Shown here one piece after another: positions 1 to 12,655 of a stretch of DNA of 64,000 nucleotides; positions within the stretch are counted from its first letter, which is position 1; each line of letters opens with the position of its first letter. The translations under genes and the position numbers were made by a program. The notes under the pieces were generated by a model. The model made no database searches and had not been told where the DNA came from. It was given only the letters and a program-made list of their open reading frames with translations. The DNA is from Vicugna vicugna (Eukaryota). The stretch lies in contig MU057503.1 in NCBI GenBank assembly GCA_013265495.1, positions 496,001-560,000 on the forward strand, given 5' to 3'.

Positions 1-874
1 CCTACAAAGTCAGAATACGTCCATGGACACTACTGCCATGATCAACCAGCTTCGGGACCCCATCAAAAAGGTGGAGACTGCTAACTGAGTTTGGCTTGTT
101 AGTGAATCCAAGCGGTTCCCCAGATGATACCACTTCCAGTGGATGCTGATCCTTCCAACTGCTCTTACTTCTAAGGCAAGAGGGAGGCAGTGACTGCTGC
201 TCCTTCAGACCCACCCTTCCAGGCTGAGGCTCGCTCACGGCCCCTCTATCCGCTCACACACCCGCCTCTCACCGTTCAGCACACTCTCCCGCCCTCTCTG
301 AGGACTTGGGTCTGGGCGCACAGGCTGCTGTCCCACTCTTGCCCCTGCTGTTATTCTCAGCAGTCTTATGTTTTGATGGTGCTTCTGGAATCGCGACTTT
401 ACAAATCCCACCTTCCTCCCGGTGGCTCTCTTCACCTGCCTCGGCACCTGGTCACGTGGGCTGCACCGAGACCACCCTCTCCCCTGAGATCCACACTCTG
501 AGCCTCCTCCCCTCGGACTCCCTTGCTGGGGCTCTCAGGCCAGGCCCCCTGCTTGGTTCCCCCTACCCCTTCTAAATACCTTCTGGCTACACCTGTTTCG
601 GGACCCAGCCTCCACTTGTGGCAAATGTTTAAAGTAATCTTCTTGCTAACAGCCTAGAATTCCTCACCTTCTTGATCCTCTCATAAGAAGGAGGCATAGT
701 AGGAACTGAGTATTTTGTTTACAAATGTCATAGCATCTTCCTCCACCCACAGGACTGCAGCCGCCCACCTGGCCTCCCTGCAATACTCTGGGCGAGAGAG
801 GGCGGTGCCAGGGCTGGAGCGACGGCAGTGAAGCTGTCGGAAACTGTTCAGTTTTGTCCTTTACCTCTATTCTC

Positions 875-1200
875 ACAGCAACCAGAGTAATTATTTTAAA
901 ATGTCAGGTAACGTCATTACCCTACCCAAACCCTCCAACGGCTTTCCCATCATACCTGAAATAAAAGCCAAGTAATCGGATGACCTTCTTTGAAAACTCG
1001 CTCCCCACCCCCAGATTTCCTATGCCCCTTCTCTGTTTATTTTCTCCACTGCTCCCCTGGGCACCCGTCCTCCTCTGCTTTACTCTACAAGGATGGAGAT
1101 TCTTGCTTTGCTACCTGTGGTATCCCCAGTACCTGAGAGAGTGCCCCGTGTATCACAGGAGCCCAACAATACTCGATTAAGTGAGCAAATCAGTGAATGC
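875..1200 (+). mobile_element. L2 LINE 3' fragment
   Basis: Contains cagcaaccagagtaattattttaaaatgtca, aaaccctccaacggcttt and gtatccccagtacct. Confidence 0.7.
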
Positions 1201-1619
1201 TACTTATCCCAGGCAGTGGCTTTACTCTGCCCTTAATGTATTTTCTTGTTCTTTACGTATTTAAAAAACAAAAGCAGAGTCTTCTGGCTTTCCATGACTG
1301 CTTTCTAAGGCTCGCTGGCGCTGGCCGCCGCCCCTGCTCACTCACAGGCGCACCCGTTTCCTGCCCCAGGCGTGGCTGGCTGTGTGCTGCTCCTTGGAGT
1401 CTTCTGACACATTCTCTGAACATCTGTACCCGAGAGACCCCCCCCCCGCAGCCACACCGATGTCCTTTCACCCTCCTGATGGGGGGCAATCATAGGACTC
1501 CTCCAGGGTGAACACCTCTTGTCTCTGTGTCAGTTTTGTCATTTTTATCAGAAAACCCCTTGCTTGTATTTTCAGACTGGCCGCCAGGCTTCCCAGCACA
1601 TCTTCCCCAGTGGTTTCTC

Positions 1620-2130
1620 TTTTAATCCAGTCATCACTCCTTGGCTGAAACTCTCCATTGGCTTTCTAGCACCTTAACATATAGCCCAACGACCAGGCCC
1701 TCCACGGTCTGACCTGTGACGCCACTCTGAAGCCTTTTGTGCTCTGCCACATGCTCGGAACGCTCGCCTTCTTGCTGTTTCTTTAACAAGCCATGGGGCC
1801 TCACCCTTCCCTCTGCCTGGGCCATTCTTCCTCCAGCTCCTCCCAGCGCCGGTTCCAGTTCCCGGGCATCACTCAGAGTGCCTTGTCCGACTGCTCCTCT
1901 AAAAGGATGGTGCTCCCGGCTCCTGCTTCAGTTCTTCATGGCACGTACACAGCACAATCTGAAACTACCTTACTTATTAATTGCTTGTTGATATTCTGCC
2001 TCCCCCTTTAGAACAGTAGCTTCACGAAGGCAGGGACCTTGTCTTACTCACTGTTACATCCTTACATCGACAGCCGTGCAGGCACATCGTGGATGTCAAG
2101 GAGATGCTAACTAAAAGGATGAATAACTGA
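1620..2130 (+). mobile_element. L2 LINE 3' fragment
   Basis: Contains tcactccttggctgaaactctccattggcttt, ccctctgcctgg and agcttcacgaaggcagggaccttgtctt. Confidence 0.75.
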
Positions 2131-5100
2131 AGGCGTCCTTCTTCACACATGAGCTTCCCCCTGAAGATACACTGGAGTCTTGGCTTCCCCTGTATATTTT
2201 TCCTTAACAGAAAGCTTTTCTATGGCTGAAATTCGCAGTTGAGTCCTATCAGTGATACCTTGGATTTTTGTTCACCCCATTATATTAAAATTTTAGGTTC
2301 CCTTTTATCACCAACAAAGCTATAAAAAATGGCATTTATGATCCTCTTGTTTATTACCTTCTCCTGATAATTCCCAAGTATCACCTCCAAAATGGTAGCT
2401 TTGGCTGCAGTGGTCCTCCAGGGTCTACGGTGCTGTCTAGACACCTTCTTCATTCATATGAACTCAGGCTAAAGGCTACTTGTGAAGGCAAGTCCCCCAC
2501 TTAGAAAAGTTCTCTCTCGTCTTTGCTGGATTCCTCCATTCCCAGCCAGAGCCCCCACTCTGACTTCATAACCCACAGACCACGGACCCCAAGGTCGTGC
2601 TTTGGCATCAACCACACAGACCACATCTCATGATCTCCCTTCTCTCCTCAGTCATGACTTTAAACTAGAAAAAGGGATAGAAATACCACTTGTTTCCCTC
2701 AGTCTTAATTTCCTGAGTGGGACTTCAAAGTCATGTACGAATGTGACCCCTTCTTAGGGTTGTGATGGACCCTCTTCCTTCGGGGACCAACTCCTCTCGA
2801 CCACCCCTGCGTGTGACTCTGATGACACACACCAGTGAGTCACATTCTTCCACTCGCTGACCTCTCGACTCAGTCTTGGATGTCTCTCCTCCCCGGAGAG
2901 TCTTTCTTCCTGGATTCTCCCCGCCTGGCAGCGCCCACTGTGGGTGGAGAGTCAGAGGTTCGGAAGTCACAGCTCAGTCCTCACGTGGACCAGCCCTGTG
3001 AACCTGGGAAAGTCCCACACCACCGCACTGAACTTGCTTCTTCAGCTCTTATTCTTCAGGGAAGTTTGCAAGGATTAAATGCAAATATGTCTGGGAGAGC
3101 CCTTGGGGAAGGCTAAGGTGCTATTTAGCTCTAAGTCACGGCTGCTGGGGTCCTGGGAGCCTCTCTCCTCACCGCAGAGGTAGAGCGTGGATAACTGGTC
3201 ACCACAGGCATCTCCCCAGGAAAGCTGCTTCCTGCAGAGCGCCCAGGACACCCCAGTTCATGCTTTCCCTACTGTCGCTAATGACAGCAAAGCATAAAGG
3301 ACAGCCCCTGTGCAACTTTGTCCAGAAAGGTCTATGCTTCCACTGCAGAGCGAAGACTCAGACTCAGAAGGATATCTCAGGGCTCCTAATCTAAAGCACG
3401 TGCCTCGGGTTTGGTCCAAAATAGTCATAACTGGAGAATTTCCTCCCTCAGCTTCTCGCCCTTGTCAGAGGGAGGCAAAAGCTCCAGGAAGTCTCATTTG
3501 ACCCAGAGCAGAAACCAACTGCGAGGCAGACAGAGGCTCATCTCCTAGGGGCTGAGCGCGTTCGGATGGAGGACGGTGGACATGGCGTCTTGGTCTCTGG
3601 TCCCCATGACTGCCCTCCTACAACCAAATCTCAGCAGAAGTTTGAATCCCAGAAGACCCGAGATGCAGCATCCCCCAAGCCTAGCTGGTCAGGAACAGAC
3701 ACACGCCTGGAGCCCAAATGCTACTCGTGGCTTTTAAGAGCTTGGCATGACCCCAATTATGCAATTCACAGAATCCGCTGAGGCTCTCCCTCGACTGGCC
3801 TCTCTCTGCACCCATCCTCCCCAGACCTTCCTGGAAAAAGCAGCGCAGGATTGGCAGTCACCTCATGCTTCCTCTTTCCTGACAGCCATCTGTACTGCCA
3901 AAGGGATCAAGCCCAAAGCCTAACCACAGAGCGCAGCTGGCGGGGGCTGCCTCCCGCTCCCGCGGGCGACCCTGCGGCGGGCGGCCCCCTCTGCCCCTCG
4001 CTGCGGGAACGCTGGGCGTGCGTTTCCTCTAACCTTTTGGTATTTTGTCAGGTCTTCCTCTTACGTTTTTTACGTCTTCTTTTAAGAGGCCCCTTTTCCT
4101 GGTTTTAAAGATTCAAGTTAAGAAATCTGCACGCCCTCCCTAACCTCAAATTTCTTAAATTTGTCTTTGGATCAAATCTTAATCTGCTGGAAAAATGCCC
4201 CTCAACTGCCAGGCAGTGGGGTCCCAGGGTGAGCTGGAGGAGGCTGAGAAGCGTCCCCTACCCGGCAGGCAGTCTGAGGGTCTAGAATCATCTCTGCCGT
4301 GGGCTCGCCACTGCGGCAGCAGGCCCTCTTTATTTGTAAATCTAAGTTTTGAGGGATGAGGTCATATTCTGATGCATTAGGTCCCTGGATTTAAGTGCTA
4401 GGAATTGTCATCAGGGGTTATCTGGATTCCATGATTCCTAGGAAAGGCCCCTGTGAGGCCAAGGCTGTACAAACAAATGCTACTTCACTTTCCTCCTTTT
4501 GGTCGTTGGACTGTCATTTAAGTTAGTTGATGCCTGCAGGCCCTGAGCTACAGACGAGTTGATGTGCTAGCACTAACACAGTGCAACAGTCTGGATTCAG
4601 GCACACTCAGCATGCTTGAATTATAAGGGTGTGCTTCATATTTGGTGATACCATTGAAGAGAGCAGGCAGGTGCAGTGCAGCCTAGCCTGGGTATGTCCA
4701 GCTGTGACGGGAAACAAAAGAAAGGGGGAACCTTCTGTTCCTCTCTGCGAGAAACTTTCTCCGTGCTGGGGCCCAAGCTCTATTCCTGCTGTTGCAGCTG
4801 ACCTTTAGGAAACCTTCCCCACCGATGAGGAGGGGCGGCCCACAAGCCCTGGGAGAGAGCCTGCCTCTCCCCTTGCTCCCTTCAGCATCCCTGAACCGGA
4901 TCCTGCCTGGAGTTCTGGGAGTGGTAACCATGTCTCTCTGCTGGCCTAAACACTCCTCTTCCTACTGCCAGGCCTCGGGGTGATGGCAAGAGGCAACAGA
5001 GCGTGTCACTGCTCCCTGTTCCCTGGGAGCCTCCACTGGGTTAGAGGTTTCACACTTCATAACTTACAAAGACACTGTCAGTCTTGCTAACCCAGTGTCC

Positions 5101-5329
5101 ACCCAAACACACCACAAAAGTCAGTATCCACCCTTACCGTGTGACAGCCACTTTGACATTTTCTTTTCTCCCTGTGCTGCTTAACTTGTTTAAAATGCTC
5201 ATCTCCATACACCAAATCGATTTCACCACCCTCGAGCGAGCCCCTCCTCACAGCTGGAAATGTGGGGAGCGGGAAAGAACCCACTCCTAGGAGCTCAGGC
5301 TTTGACCGGATGAGCGCGACAGGCTCCAC

Positions 5330-5460
5330 TGGATTCGTCCAGCAGTATTCACTGAGCACTCGCCGACGCCGGGCCCTAGCACAGCTGCTGGGAAGAGGGA
5401 GCTAAATAAACGAAGGGCCGTCTCTTGACTTGCGGGCCCAAAGTTAGCAGCGGAGAAGGA
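5330..5460 (-). mobile_element. L2 3' end
   Basis: attcgtccagcagtattcactgagcact...gctgggaaga resembles the reverse L2 tail. Confidence 0.55.
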
Positions 5461-6469
5461 TTCACATAGAAGACAACGCTGTGTATCAGTCTTGAAAATA
5501 TAATCAATCATGCATACATGCAAAACAGGATCAATGATACATCAGGGTAAAACATTCTGGATGACTTTTAAGGAAATTTTAGGTTTGGAAATTCTGTCTG
5601 AGGCAGCATTCACTTGGTGTGCATTAGCACTTGGCGAGGAGAGCTTCATATTCTAATCAATAACATTTAAATCTCCCACAGGTACGAATCCGAGATCCTT
5701 GTTTTATGAGCACACAAATATGGAATGATTTCCGCTTCCTCGGGGACCACTCATCCTGAAACAAACATGAATTTCATCGACACTGGCCTTTATGCTGTAT
5801 GAGACCATGTCAGTATGCACCAATCAGGAAATAACCAAAACTGACTCCGTGTCTACAAATAGTGGGAAGAAAATAGCAAACTGCTGCAAAGAGGGTTTCA
5901 GTGCAGAGGCCAGTCCTCCACGCCGGCTCGCAGCCCTGCCTTACGAAGCTCCCCTCCCGGCCGCACGGGCACTGGTGTCCCTAGCACTTAGCCCTGCAGC
6001 ACCCCAGGGAGAAGCCCTTCCACACGGGGCCTCCAACCGGTGCTACGTCCTGGCAGTACTTCCACTCAAGCGCCTGTGAGCCAGTAACACCGCCCTGGGC
6101 AGAGCTCAAGTATCCCCGCTCTTCTGTTCTATCTTAAAAAGCCATGAGAATTTTGCAAATGCACACACACCATCATTTATTTCAATACACACAAATATCG
6201 TCTCCCCTCCCAAACCTTCTGGGAAATTTGACGCTTATCCTGTGGATTTCTATACTCTTCCAGAATCCTCTGCTAAGCCCCACGTTACTCGAGCCCCAGG
6301 GTAAGAAGCACAGGCCTGGGCGATGGCTGCCAGCCTTGGCGGTGGGAGGACCACACAGCACCCTCGGCTCCTGCATCAGGGTGGTCCTACTGCTTTAGGA
6401 GGTGGACCTGCAAAGGACCTGTTAAGGTTTCTGCCATCACCTCACCCGACACATAGAGAGTTCAAATAC

Positions 6470-6690
6470 GCCCACCACGTGGGGCGTGCTCGCGCCGCGC
6501 TAGGCACGGTTCTAAGCGCTTCTATTATAACAACTCTTACGATTCTTAGAACCACCTTGTAAGACAGGCATTAACATTAAGCCCATTACCTAAGGAAGAA
6601 AATGGAGGTCACACAGCTAGGAAACAACAGAGGTGACGCTCACGGCCAGATCCGCTGCAAAGGGCCCTGTGCTCTTGCCCACGGTTCTCT
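6470..6690 (-). mobile_element. MIR SINE
   Basis: Contains ctaggcacggttctaagcgct, cttagaaccaccttgtaag and ggtcacacagctag. Confidence 0.72.
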
Positions 6691-9621
6691 GCCCATTCTT
6701 GGAAAGCTGTGAATCTGCGTAAATACCACAAAGTGGCATAATATGCAGCAGGACTGCTTAATTACTGATCTCCATCCTCAGAGTATACCACACAAATTTT
6801 TAAAGTCTACCTCCTTTCCAAGTTTTGACAGCAGTCAGGCTCATGGAAGTTTGAACACACCACCTGCTCAGGCTGCTGCTTCGCGGCAGTAAGATGGATG
6901 TTCGAGGTGCAGAATTAGGTTTAACCTGAGGTTTGGCTCTCAAGGAGTTCTGTTGATGATAAACTGAGAGACTTTCAGTCTTCACACTTAGATGCTCAGC
7001 TTCTCACAGGGTGACCCAAGGCCACCCAGAGGGTTAGAAAAATTTAGGCGGGGGAGGGGGGAGTATCACTTACTCAGGATGAACAGGAATGAGAAACCAG
7101 CAAGTTCGATGCCCTGGGAGCATGGCCTCCAGACCTAGCCCAGGTATTCAGTCTGAGCCGGGTTACGGGCACAAGCGTCAATAAGGAAAAAGAAAGGCTC
7201 AACTCAAATCTGACTCCCTGTTATAGCGCCATGGGCTTTATCGCCCCTTATCCCCCTCTCAGGTCCCACCCACAGGCCCCTCCCGGGCACAGTCCTTGGC
7301 CAAGCGAAGGGGACAAAGAGGTTCCCAAGCACCAGCAGGAGGATCAGCAGGGGGCTGGAGCCACAAACCTGCTGAAGAGCCAGCCTGCCCAGTGCTGGTT
7401 AGTTTCTGACAGCTGCTGCTCACAGGCCTGGTTAGAACACCTGGGGCCGGTCAAAGTCAGTATTTAAGAATATACAGGAATCACTTGGGAGGTTTTTTTT
7501 TTTAAAAAAACAAAAAACAAAAAACAAAAAAACCAAAACAGATTCCAGAACTTCAGGGATTCTGGAAAGTTTAATAATCAACCCAGATGAAAAAGCTTCA
7601 CTGTGGGGAAACATTCCTCTGACAGTTTGGGTTTGGGTTTGTCCTGCACTTGACTGTAAGCACCATGAGGGCAAGCACTGTTTTCATCTTCGTTTCCCCA
7701 AAGCCCAACACAATACTCAGTTCGCTGAATGAGTAAGTGATGGTTAAAACCAGTCACTGGCAGAGAAGACGCCCAGCGCTCTGTCCTTTACGCCACTGAG
7801 CAGGAGGAACAGCATTGGCTCACCCCGGGAGACTGACAAGGCTGGTTTAATCCCAGGGGAATCTGAAGCCAGAACTGGCAGAGTATTAATACAGTGAAGA
7901 ATAAAAAGTAGATGTCTTATCAGCATTTTGAGTCCTTATAAAAGATGTGTGTTTAGTGCTTCACCGAGGGACAGATCTAAAACTTTACACATGCTGTGAA
8001 TAAGTCTTGGATTGATTCATCTAAGGGTCAGAGGAACATGAAGGCAGGATGAGATCTTTCAGGGTGTGGAGTGGTGGGCCTCCAATTTTATATGGATTCC
8101 TGAGGTAAGCCCAGAACCCAGGGTTTTAAACCAGCACCCCAGCTGCTTCTGACAAGGATGCCCCCAGGCCACGGTGGGTTAGTGCCTTTATGGGACTGTC
8201 ACCTTGAACCCAGCAACACTGATTTCCTACTCTGAAACCTAGTGAGCGGAGAAGAAGTGGCAGAGAAAAGAAAAAACTTTATCTCTGGTAAGAGAGGAAT
8301 TTTATAACGTAAGCCATGTAGGGCAGACACAGGGAAACGTCTCCTTGGCAGGGAGGCAAAGTACCTGGCACTTTGTCAGAGTGTTGTAGCACTCACTTCT
8401 TTGGAATTTCCTTAAGAACAGGATCTTAGAAGTAGGCTGAGGACTGGCCTATATGTCCTTCTAAATACACTATTAGCTCTGTATTTCTGTCCCGCTGTGT
8501 GTCATTTTCAGACCTTACAGAGGTGTAGAGCTCTTACGGGTGGAAAAATAAAATTATGTTATTGCCATCTTAGCATGGCATTCAGAGTTTCCCTAATTTA
8601 CGCCTTAGGCTGCCATCGGGAACGTTATCTAGCCAATACCTACTAATAAGTGCGTATAGGGGTTTCAAACCCCGACATCCTTCTGTGCTGGCTGACAAGT
8701 AATGACTATCCCAAGCCCCTGACTGCCCACATCTGCTGCTCCGGACCCTCCCCTGGAATCCCCATGATGTAAATTAATGCCTGGCACAGCAGGGGGGTTC
8801 TAGGACCCAGATGGAGCCGATTCCTCCATGCTGACTGTCAAAATATTTTGAATGGTACCTCTGCCTCCCACATTCCCCGAACACGACACTTATCTTCATG
8901 CCTCTCGGCTTCCACTTGCGCTATGCACTCTGCCCAGCATGTCCTTCCCTCCTGAAACTCTTCTGTTTCAGACCTCTGGTTCAAACACAACTTCCCCCAT
9001 GTAGTCTTCCCCAGTCCCAGTCTCCCCTCCTCAAAGCCTCTGCTCCCTCTTCCACAGCCAAGTGAGCCAACGGTCTCTTCTTCAACCCCCCTTTTCATAA
9101 GCCCTCTATTCTGTCTTGCTTTAGTTATTAATGCACAAATTCCAACCCTCTACCTTCCTCGCTCCTGAGATTTTAAGAAAAGATTTATAGGAAAAATGGG
9201 ATTGTCCCTGGGCTAGCTGGCCATCTCTATGAAGTGGACGCAGTCTTTTCTGATAAGATCCTTCCTTTGTGAGGACACGCTTCGGGCACTGAGGGGCTGG
9301 GTAACCCAGCTGCTCGGCTATGGCTCAGGAGGGCTGCAGTGGTGCCTCAAAAGGTGCCCAGCATAGAGGAAGACATAAAATCTGTGTATGGATTAAATAA
9401 AAAAAATTAAAACAAACAAAGAAAAAAACCACAAATAAAATAAAAACACCCTACCCAGCAGCCCCTAGGGACAGAAGGGCTTCCAGTTGTACCAAGGGGG
9501 TGTCTTCTCACAGAGAAGGGCCCCCGTTACCTGTGCTCACCTGGGACAGCAGCTGCCCGGCAGAAGTGGCCAGTGCACCCTGACCTTGCTTCAGTGTCTT
9601 GCTTCTCTTGAACTGCCTTCC

Positions 9622-9813
9622 ATATACACACACTACTTTATATAAAATAAACGACCAGGATCTATTGTACAGCACAGAGAACTATAGTCAATATCTTGTA
9701 ATAACCTATAGAGGAAAAGAATCTGAAATACATATGTGTATAACTGAATCACTTTGCTGTGCCCCTGAAACAAACATGACATTGAAAATCCACTATATTT
9801 CAATAAATAAATA
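9622..9813 (+). mobile_element. Short LINE-1 3'UTR fragment with eroded TSD
   Basis: ctattgtacagcacagagaactatagtcaatatcttgtaataacctata...caataaataaataaa is a typical laurasiatherian L1 3' end. Flanked by aactgccttcc (9611-9621) and aactgcctccc (9814-9824). Confidence 0.88.
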
Positions 9814-9969
9814 AACTGCCTCCCTTTTTCTTTTAAGTTTCTAGCCCCTCGTTACAACTGAGGAACAAGCACCTCAACACATACTATGAGGGTGCAAACC
9901 TCCCGAGTCAAGGACCAGACCTTGCTGACTCTTCCACCCTCCATCGCATCTGATGACTGCATTAACAGA

Positions 9970-10160
9970 CACGTAGAGCATTTACGACAAGCCGGGCTTT
10001 GTCTGATGCACTGGAACATACTAACTCATGCCAGCCCATTATTAGGTTCTGTCATTAGCCCCACTGACATATGTGGAAACCAAGGCAGAGAGAGGTGACA
10101 TGATTTGTCCCAGCCAGGAGGTTTGGCTTCACACCCCTTGTTCTTAAACTACAACTCTAA
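9970..10160 (-). mobile_element. MIR SINE
   Basis: Contains gtcattagccccactgacatatgtggaaaccaaggcagagagaggtgacatgatttgtcc. Confidence 0.65.
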
Positions 10161-12450
10161 TGTCTGATATGCTGCAGGTGTGCAATAAAGGTCTGTCAAA
10201 CACAGAAGCCAGTGTCCCCTGGGGTTCCTTGGCTAAAAGGACATTAGCTATTTTAACAGGGATTTGTGCAAGCACTTGACATCCTAAAAGTTCCCCCAGA
10301 TGACTTGGAGCTAAGTCACCCTCACACATGGACTGTACAACCCCAAACGATGGTTACTGGGGAGAAGTGGCGGAGAAGTACATGAACCGGTATGGGTGAG
10401 TGCTGTGACTGTTCAGAGGGTCTGAGGCGGAAAGAAAGGCTTAGAAGCAGTTCGGCCACTTTAAGGACAATATGCTTACACCTATCATTAAAGGAGAGAG
10501 GCATGCGAGTGTGTAAAGGGTGCCTGGATGATCAGTAGGGAGCAAGCCAGCTGGGCCTCTCTTTTCTTTCTCCTCCCTGTGGCCCGACAATGTCTGTCTG
10601 TCTTGGTTTCCAACCATTTGTAAAGACGTCACAGCCTCCGCTGGCCTCATGGGCAGAGCAGCAGGGAGGAGGGCAGGGAGCACGGAGTCATTTATCACTG
10701 TCGGGAGATGTGCTACACACAGCAGGGCCGGCTTTCCTCCCTGCTGCTCCTGCAGCTAGAGCTGCAGGTCTTGAAAAGATGCAGAACATGCACATCGCCA
10801 ATAACCATTCATCATCACGGCTCCAGGAACCCGGGAGCAGTCCCTCCCGATGTGAGGCTGACCCAGTCTGCCTTCAGCCCTGGGCCCCACAGGAGCATGG
10901 AACACCAGGACTTCTCAGGCACCTCATCTCTGTCCCGGCCAATCCCTGCCCTGGACAATCTCCTGAGGTTTGGGGTTAAAATTCTCTGAAATACCAGCCA
11001 AGCCCTTCCTCTCTCCACAAAGTCAGATTTCCAGATTGCTTTCAGCGATCAGACTGCAGCCAAGGTGGCCCATAATCATTAAATTATGAAAATACAAGTT
11101 GCTAGGGGGAAATTAATCCCAGGTTTAAATCAGGAATGGCCTGCTCTCTTGTGAAGTAATTACAAAATTAAAATGTGCTATTTCTCTGGTGAGTATAAAA
11201 AGACTCCTCGGTGAAGCCTATGGCCCAACAGCAACATCAGGATCTGCGCCGAGGCGGGACCGGGAAATCCTTCCGCGCCACAACGATGAGAGTCAGGGAC
11301 ATCTGCAGGTAAATTTCCAAAGACTGGGTTAAAAGTGATTAAAATCAAGAAGGAACAGGCCAGGGTTTGCATTTCCCAGGTCCTCTTTCAAGCTCAAAAG
11401 TCAAGCTGTTAGAAACTGCAGGCTTTCCAAGTAAGACTAATAATGCTGAGCTAATTAGACCCACAGGTTCGGCCAACATATAAATTCAGCCCAAAGGAGG
11501 GACACTGCCCCTTTAAAAACTGCCTGGGGATCAGTGGAAAAGCTAATGAGGAGTGTCAGTTGGGGCTGCTTTACTAGGTGGTCCTCCTGGGGATAAAGCC
11601 TGGGGTTTCTGTAACAGTGCTCCTGTGCTTGGTTCAATAAATCAATTTATATTAAATGTGGGTACAGCTCTAGAGCTGGCTTCATAAAGCATTCTGTGGC
11701 ATTTCTCAATCTGCTTATACACTTCTCTGTGAGCCTGCTGAATGCGCTGTCGAGGGCATTGAAAAGAGTAATAAAAAATAAGATAGAAGCCGGATCTACA
11801 GTATTTCTGAAACTCCACCCAGCCGCTCTAGACCCCGCTCGCTCGGGGCTGCCTCCAGTGACATTCTCTCCAGAAAACGTTTGCTTCTCCAGAAGCAGCC
11901 CAATGCCTGGGGGGCTGTGGGGCTCCACCCCCGAGCTGGGCTCCAGACCGCAGACTGAGAATAAAGGTCACCGCAAACAGAATGGGAAGGGTGGGAAGTG
12001 AAGCTGCTTTTTATTCCAATCCTCAAGGTCTGAAATGCTCTCCAAGAAGTGAAAGGAAAAGCAAGGGGAGTCAAAGTGCCAAAGGCTGGCACCAGCCCGG
12101 GAGGCGCCTGGGCGAGAGGGGAGTGCTACTGACGGCGCAGATGGAATGGGGCTTCCTCCAGGCTGGCCCGCAGGCTTGCCACTGCGGGACGCTGCGGAGG
12201 AGTCACCCCTAAACACAATGACCGATGCCCCGGAAGATCTGAAAAGTGGAGGGAGGCCCATTCCCCGCTTTCAGATTCAGAGTCCAGCAGTTTGGGGCCA
12301 GAAGCCACAGAAAGTGTTCACACCATTCTGTGCTCAGCTGTCTTTTTTTTTTTTTTTTAAACTCTTTGCTTTGGGGACATTCAGCTACAGACAGCACCTG
12401 GCACCGAGCTCCATCCCAGTCAGCCCCACACCCTTACATTACCTAGACTG

Positions 12451-12655
12451 CAGTGCCAGCTGGTAGGACTTTCTGTGATGATGGAACTGCCCTATGTCTG
12501 CATTGTCCACTTCAGGAGCTGCTAGCCACATGTGGCTACGGAGCAACTGAGATGTAGCTGGTGTGACCGGGGAAATGAATTTCTACTTTTATTTAATTTT
12601 AATTAATTTAAATGGCCACAGGTGGTTAGTCATCACTTTGGTGGAGCATACACAG
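12451..12655 (+). mobile_element. MER3 (hAT-Charlie MITE)
   Basis: Contains actttctgtgatgatggaa, ctagccacatgtggcta and ttttatttaattttaattaatttaaatggccaca. Confidence 0.85.

Noticed and set aside
668..720. Minus-strand donor AAG|gtgagg ending ...PSYERIKK as PPM1H exon 7
   Set aside because: The peptide does not match the expected AYKTIEDEDLKFPLIYGEGKK. The shared terminal KK is coincidental.
7074..7113. Cryptic 40-nt minus-strand exon (GIELAGFSFLFIL) with a gtaagt donor
   Set aside because: The acceptor is weak and there is no PPM1H homology. Such pseudo-exons are common in long introns.
8659..8673. Inverted repeat GGGGTTT-C-AAACCCC
   Set aside because: 7-bp arms are expected by chance in 64 kb, and there is no larger structure.
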